A stretch of 63,999 nucleotides of DNA from a virus (Duplodnaviria; Caudoviricetes), in the IMG/VR virus record IMGVR_UViG_3300022871_000016, positions 1-63,999 of that record; one strand, given 5' to 3'. The notes below the pieces were generated by a model. The model was given only the letters and a program-made list of their open reading frames with translations, searched no databases and was not told where the DNA came from. Both the position numbers and the translations under genes were made by a program. Positions 59,434 to 63,999 of the stretch are shown piece by piece (the first letter of the stretch is position 1; every line of letters begins with the position of its first letter).

Positions 59434-61205
59434 ATTTTTTTAGCTACGCCTAATCCTTTACCGTCATGATTCTCCATGAAATTAAAAGAGGCATTGTTAT
59501 TTGTTTTAAACTCATCCCATACATCTTGGAGTGAACAGCCGTCAGGTGTTATATCATCAAAGACAATGTAACCGCCTTTTTCTATTAATTGAACTGCATT
59601 AATTAAATCTTTTCTTGCATAATCTTTATCATGATTTCCATCAACAAGAATATAATCGAAAGTTTGCTTTCCAATAAATTTAGGTATTTCATCTAATGAA
59701 CTGCCAACAATGAATTTAACTTTATCAGTTGGAATATTCAAATAGTTCAAAGCATTTAAAACGCCTTGAGGCGTTGCTAATCCATCATTAAACAAATCAC
59801 AAAGTATTATTTCTTCTAAACTATCATAATTAGTATAGGCTGATAATAATTGGCAAATTGATATACCAGTGCGTGTTCCTATCTCTAATATTCGTTTAGG
59901 TCTTACATTAGCACCAACCCACTGCATAAAATGATACGTATCCATAAATGTATCTTTACGCTTATTCAAATGCCAGTGATACGCCTCGAGAAATGTATCG
60001 CTATCATTTAACTTCTTTAATATCCTTAATATATTAAATATCGAAGATGTTGCTTGTGGAGAATTAATACCGACAGGAAAAGATTCAGAAACGGTTATTT
60101 TATTAACATCTATAATATCTTTGTTTAAATTGCTATTATCAGCGTTTAATATATTTGGAACTGCAGTGTTATCACCAGTATTCTCAGGAACAATAGCGTT
60201 AAGAGTCACTTTATCCATTTTATTTACTCCTTCTTTTTGGTTAAGAATAACCGGGTTTTCTTTCTCATACTTCAACACTCCACCTAAGTAATACAACTCT
60301 ACCGCTCGCGCGATGTCCTCCGGGCGAATTAATTCCATGCACATTGGATTACCTTCAGAAGATTTGAACGTGCATTCTTCTATCTTTGACCGCCAACAGC
60401 CGTCATACTTTGCACATTTAATTGCGCCATTAGTATATAGGAAGCGATGATCTGGATTTAATTGCCACCTAACCCCCTCTCTGGCGCCGGCAACCACTAC
60501 GCAAGGCTTACTTAACGATGCCATTATAACCATTTGCAACGAAACTGGGCATATAGCCCCTTCTGCGTACTTAGACAGTAGAAACAGTTGCCTTAGGTTA
60601 GTTTTCCCCCTTAAATCCAATACATTGTCCAATAGTGGGTGGTTGTGAGCTGTATGTCCAACTTGAACGACTTGAATCTTATCTTTTAGCAGATTTACCA
60701 CTTCTTGATAGTAAGGATAGTATTTTAAGGTGTAGTCATTCTTGATTCCAGCATTTATCAGCCAATATTTGCCTTTTATCTGCCTAGGTAGTGCCAATTC
60801 CTCGTTTGAAAAGAAAATATCTGGCTTCATACCTGTTCGCGGTATTTCAATCCCTAGCTTCTGCGCCAAAAACATTCGATGCCCATCAGCAAAAGGAAGC
60901 CCTGACATGCCAGAAATATGGATAAGAGGGTAGTGGGATATAATATATTTAGTATCTTCCACCAATATCGGAGGAAGGTTGTCATTTTTCTTTAATTTCT
61001 CGATAGCCTCATTGACTTTAGCATTATTACTTATCGGTATTTTTTGAATATAAGGATTATTATTGAATATCTCATTGCATGGCGAACGAACGTCAATCAT
61101 ATACTTATTAGGGTAAGCTTTATACAATGACCGGATCGCCACTGACATTATTAAAATATCGCCCGGGGATAAATCGTTTACTAAGACTACTTTCTCTTTA
61201 TCCAT
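59430..61205 (-). CDS. GT9-like glycosyltransferase fused to a SAM methyltransferase
   Basis: SPGDILIM, NNNPYI, VLDLRGKTNLRQL and a Cys cluster; then ILEIGTRTG, FDYILVDGNH and GGYIVFDD. Confidence 0.85.
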   Translation of the reverse strand: MDKEKVVLVNDLSPGDILIMSVAIRSLYKAYPNKYMIDVRSPCNEIFNNNPYIQKIPISNNAKVNEAIEKLKKNDNLPPILVEDTKYIISHYPLIHISGMSGLPFADGHRMFLAQKLGIEIPRTGMKPDIFFSNEELALPRQIKGKYWLINAGIKNDYTLKYYPYYQEVVNLLKDKIQVVQVGHTAHNHPLLDNVLDLRGKTNLRQLFLLSKYAEGAICPVSLQMVIMASLSKPCVVVAGAREGVRWQLNPDHRFLYTNGAIKCAKYDGCWRSKIEECTFKSSEGNPMCMELIRPEDIARAVELYYLGGVLKYEKENPVILNQKEGVNKMDKVTLNAIVPENTGDNTAVPNILNADNSNLNKDIIDVNKITVSESFPVGINSPQATSSIFNILRILKKLNDSDTFLEAYHWHLNKRKDTFMDTYHFMQWVGANVRPKRILEIGTRTGISICQLLSAYTNYDSLEEIILCDLFNDGLATPQGVLNALNYLNIPTDKVKFIVGSSLDEIPKFIGKQTFDYILVDGNHDKDYARKDLINAVQLIEKGGYIVFDDITPDGCSLQDVWDEFKTNNNASFNFMENHDGKGLGVAKKI

Positions 61206-61779
61206 TATTCCTCGTCGTTGTAGTAACCCAATCAGATTTCTCGAAAATCAATGAATGCACATCGCTTCTTGGAGGACATTCAATCATTTCATCAATTTTT
61301 AATGAAAAACCATACAATCTAAACAATGCTTTTAGTAAATCAACTGTATAATAATGGAGATGCTCGCCCGGCTTAAAGTGTTTCCACGAATTCCACCTTA
61401 TGCTATCAGGTTTAATCGGAATAGTCATCGCAACAAAATTTGTCCGATTAATCACATTCTCAATATCAGTAAAATCCGCAATATGTTCCAGCACATCCCA
61501 AAGCGTTACAACGCTATACTGAATCCTTCTTATCCCTGTCTGCGGAACAGGCATAATATCGAAAGTATCAATGTTATTCTGCCTAATGTAGTCAGGCTTA
61601 AATGCAGCAAACCAGCCCGGACCGCACCCATAATCAAGAACTGTTGCATATTGTCTAGCGATTTTATCAATCATTGTATATTTTGCGACAAAATTCCACC
61701 GCAAGTCATTAATTTCCTTTGCTGTACACGTATGAATCTTCAAAAGATTGTAATAGTAATCAACATTATATTTAATCAT
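61198..61779 (-). CDS. Class I SAM methyltransferase (Methyltransf_23-like)
   Basis: VLDYGCGPG, LWDVLEHI and EHLHYYT. Confidence 0.88.
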   Translation of the reverse strand: MIKYNVDYYYNLLKIHTCTAKEINDLRWNFVAKYTMIDKIARQYATVLDYGCGPGWFAAFKPDYIRQNNIDTFDIMPVPQTGIRRIQYSVVTLWDVLEHIADFTDIENVINRTNFVAMTIPIKPDSIRWNSWKHFKPGEHLHYYTVDLLKALFRLYGFSLKIDEMIECPPRSDVHSLIFEKSDWVTTTTRNNG

Positions 61780-61783
61780 TTTA

Positions 61784-62017
61784 TCATTTCCTTTTGCTAT
61801 AAGTTAGCTGTTCTACTCTTAACCCTGTATCTAGTGTCTTTTCCAAACCATTTAGCATCGATTTAGCTATTCTCACCCTATTATCCTTGCTAATAAGGAC
61901 GTTATTCTTGAAATCACATTTGTGGTGGGTAACATAAAATATTCCTTCCAACACCACGAACATCCCGAATGTATCAGATCCTTCATCGACGTCTATCTTA
62001 ATCTGTTTTTTTACCAT
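61784..62017 (-). CDS. Hypothetical protein
   Basis: Tightly packed co-oriented ORF. Confidence 0.55.
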   Translation of the reverse strand: MVKKQIKIDVDEGSDTFGMFVVLEGIFYVTHHKCDFKNNVLISKDNRVRIAKSMLNGLEKTLDTGLRVEQLTYSKRK

Positions 62018-62020
62018 TTG

Positions 62021-62431
62021 TCATAGATATTTGATGCTTCCATCAGATAACTTATAACTTCCAGAAGCATGAGTTTTAGTAATTGAGTTATTTACATCAG
62101 TAGATCCTTTATCTGCCTTTCCTTTCAACCCATACAAGATAAACCAAGGCGCTGAGGGTTTTTGGTCCTTAATCCTTTCAATACAAACTGCACTCAACTC
62201 CTTTGATCTCTCATCTATCTCGTGACGCTCGACTATCCTGTCCAACCGCCCATCCTTCAAATCAAATAGGTCGTGTTTCAATATCTTAATGGCGCCATGT
62301 ATAATTTGCTTTTCCTTCTCTAGATCTTCTAGTTTATGCAATGTTTCTAAAACAGCTGATTTTATTGCTGCTACTTGGCTTTCTCTTAGATCTTCTCTTT
62401 TTTTTCCTAATGTACCGTTTTTATCGTCCAT
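62021..62431 (-). CDS. Hypothetical coiled-coil protein
   Basis: RBS AAGGAG; helical N-terminus. Confidence 0.6.
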   Translation of the reverse strand: MDDKNGTLGKKREDLRESQVAAIKSAVLETLHKLEDLEKEKQIIHGAIKILKHDLFDLKDGRLDRIVERHEIDERSKELSAVCIERIKDQKPSAPWFILYGLKGKADKGSTDVNNSITKTHASGSYKLSDGSIKYL

Positions 62432-62442
62432 TATTCTCCTTT

Positions 62443-62745
62443 TTAACTTGGTTTGATAACGGCAAGTATATCCTCTTCCTTTATAATCTGTAATACTTTA
62501 TCTTTCCCTTCTATATCTAATGGTGGCACGATAATCTCTGTGCCGGCGAACTTCGGGAAAATAACCAAATCCCCTTTGCTTAGCCGAATCTTTATAGCGC
62601 AGTCACTCGCTATTGAAACGACCCTACCTTTCGTTGGTGCTTTCTGGCTGGCAGTCTGCGGTATGAAAATCCCACCTTTCGATACACTTTCCTTTGCATC
62701 TGGCTCAACTATTATCCGCTTATTTAACGGTTCAATTATATTCAT
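62443..62745 (-). CDS. groES: Co-chaperonin GroES
   Basis: IEPLNKRIIV, SKGGIFIP, KGRVV, GDLVIFPKFAGTEI and IIKEEDILAVI. Confidence 0.93.
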   Translation of the reverse strand: MNIIEPLNKRIIVEPDAKESVSKGGIFIPQTASQKAPTKGRVVSIASDCAIKIRLSKGDLVIFPKFAGTEIIVPPLDIEGKDKVLQIIKEEDILAVIKPS

Positions 62746-62770
62746 ACTTCCTCCTTTTTGCTTACAAAAT

Positions 62771-62794
62771 AAAAAAACCCTGAATTATTCAGGG
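62771..62794 (-). terminator. Intrinsic terminator in the leader upstream of groES
   Basis: ccctgaa-taa-ttcaggg followed by T7 on the minus strand. Confidence 0.65.
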
Positions 62795-62887
62795 CTGAAC
62801 TTTTGCTTTCATTTGTTTTTATCTTATTCATTATATTTTCTTTTAGCTTTTATCGCCACATAGGTCTACACTTTTATCAATACACAA

Positions 62888-62916
62888 AATATATACCAAA
62901 TTTGATGTTAAGTCAA
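62888..62916 (-). promoter_or_regulatory. Sigma70-type promoter for the late arm
   Basis: TTGACT-17 bp-TATATT. Confidence 0.6.
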
Positions 62917-63139
62917 GTGTTTTTTTGTTTTTTTTATAATGCTTGGAATTCTCGCTATACCTTTTTTATGGGAAATCAAAGTCTAAGCTAAATATAAAAG
63001 TAGGGAAATGGAAAAAAGGCAATAAGGTGCGAACGATTTTTAGTTGAGAGAGAATGTTAGATGTGCTGAAATGAGAGTTCTAAGCTATATAGGGGAGAGG
63101 AGGTGCGGATTTCTTATAATCTTTTTTCTAACTTTTCAT

Positions 63140-63227
63140 CTTATAGCATACATATATAGTTATGTCAAGTAATATAATCCCAGCGGTAAAAAATATATAT
63201 TGACAAGATATATATATATGCGATAAT
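63140..63227. promoter_or_regulatory. Back-to-back divergent promoters at the arm switch
   Basis: Minus: TTGACA-17-TATAAG (63168 to 63140). Plus: TTGACA-16-TGn GATAAT (63200-63227). Confidence 0.7.
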
Positions 63228-63255
63228 GATGTATCAATATAGTTCCTTGACAATT

Positions 63256-63867
63256 AGTGTATTTTTTTTGGGATGCTTTACAAACAATAATAAGGCGGTA
63301 CCAAAATGGCTAAAAAAACAATTCAAGATTTATTGGCGGATGCTAAGCTACTAAAGGAAAAACAAAAAGCATTAAAGGCGGAGATGCAGAAGCAGAAACA
63401 AGTCATTGCTACTGAATATCGGGATTGCTTGAGCGACAGCGACAAGGAAAAACAGCTTGAAGAGGCAAAAACAATACTTGAAACAGCTAAAACAGACGTC
63501 GCAAAACTTAAAGCGGAATTCAAATTATCAATGGTTGATATCCGCGAAAAAGTAGCTTTCGCTAAGGAGATTTTAGCTTTCGTTAACTACAAGAATGATG
63601 CAAGTTTAAACAAACGCAAGCAAGAATTTTTGTTGACAGATAATAGTTTAACTTTAAAACGTGAAGGGATTAACGATATCACTATTGATGTAAATAATCC
63701 AAACTGGCAGAAAAACTTCAAAGCTAAACTTGCATTGCAAGGCATCAACGGCGTTGACAGAGTTGCGGACAATATAGTTTACAAAGCAAGTTGCTTAGTA
63801 AAAAGTAATGTTTCGGCGTAAAGTAATAGTTAAAAATTTTTAAAAGCATCCCAAAAAAAAATACACT
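63256..63867. repeat. 24/25-bp inverted repeat enclosing ORF 63306-63821
   Basis: agtgta(t8)gggatgcttt at 63256-63279 versus aaagcatccc(a9)tacact at 63843-63867. Confidence 0.85.
63306..63821 (+). CDS. Coiled-coil protein; first gene of the early arm
   Basis: 171-aa K/E/A-rich helical ORF downstream of the plus-strand promoter. Confidence 0.75.
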   Translation: MAKKTIQDLLADAKLLKEKQKALKAEMQKQKQVIATEYRDCLSDSDKEKQLEEAKTILETAKTDVAKLKAEFKLSMVDIREKVAFAKEILAFVNYKNDASLNKRKQEFLLTDNSLTLKREGINDITIDVNNPNWQKNFKAKLALQGINGVDRVADNIVYKASCLVKSNVSA

Positions 63868-63999
63868 GCTAGACTTTCAAGGCAACAGAAAAGACTTTCA
63901 AGGCAACAAAAAAGCTATTACTTTCAAGGCAACAGAAAAGATTCTAAGAGCTAACTCCAATTATCTCCAATTATATCTGTTATTAGGAGTTTTAAGTTA

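Noticed and set aside
52098-61779. Glycan cluster as a DNA hypermodification system
   Set aside because: It lies in the late arm far from replication genes, and I recognised no hydroxymethylase, base-modifying kinase or phage polymerase. It is disfavoured rather than disproved.

Overview
The window is an apparently complete, circular ~63.8 kb tailed dsDNA phage genome of siphovirus type. Positions 1-279 recur at 63815-63999 with two fewer copies of a 47-bp repeat unit. The plus-strand arm (63306 across the junction to 22060) holds early and accessory genes, ParB, RNase HI, an SNF2 helicase, an AEP primase-ATPase with a repeat-rich putative origin, a DNA methylase and YopX. I recognised no integrase or replicative polymerase. 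The minus-strand arm (62745 to 22193) is one late region: GroES, a ~10 kb glycan-building cluster, fibre-like genes, terminase, portal, a methylase fusion, a protease-scaffold-capsid polyprotein and a GTA/lambda-like tail. The most striking signal is a 973-aa protein that is almost pure serine, plus poly-Ser tails on four more virion-module proteins, co-oriented with the glycosyltransferase, LicD, epimerase and methyltransferase cluster. My inference is a phage-encoded O-glycosylation system that builds a mucin-like virion coat. Features outside the ORF track include two type II hammerhead ribozymes, a degenerate tRNA-Leu-like RNA, a 20-bp box shared by the putative origin and the replication promoter, a gene enclosed by a 24-bp inverted repeat, and an antisense HNH insertion that duplicated its target's N-terminus. 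All family calls come from motif recognition by eye, not database searches.
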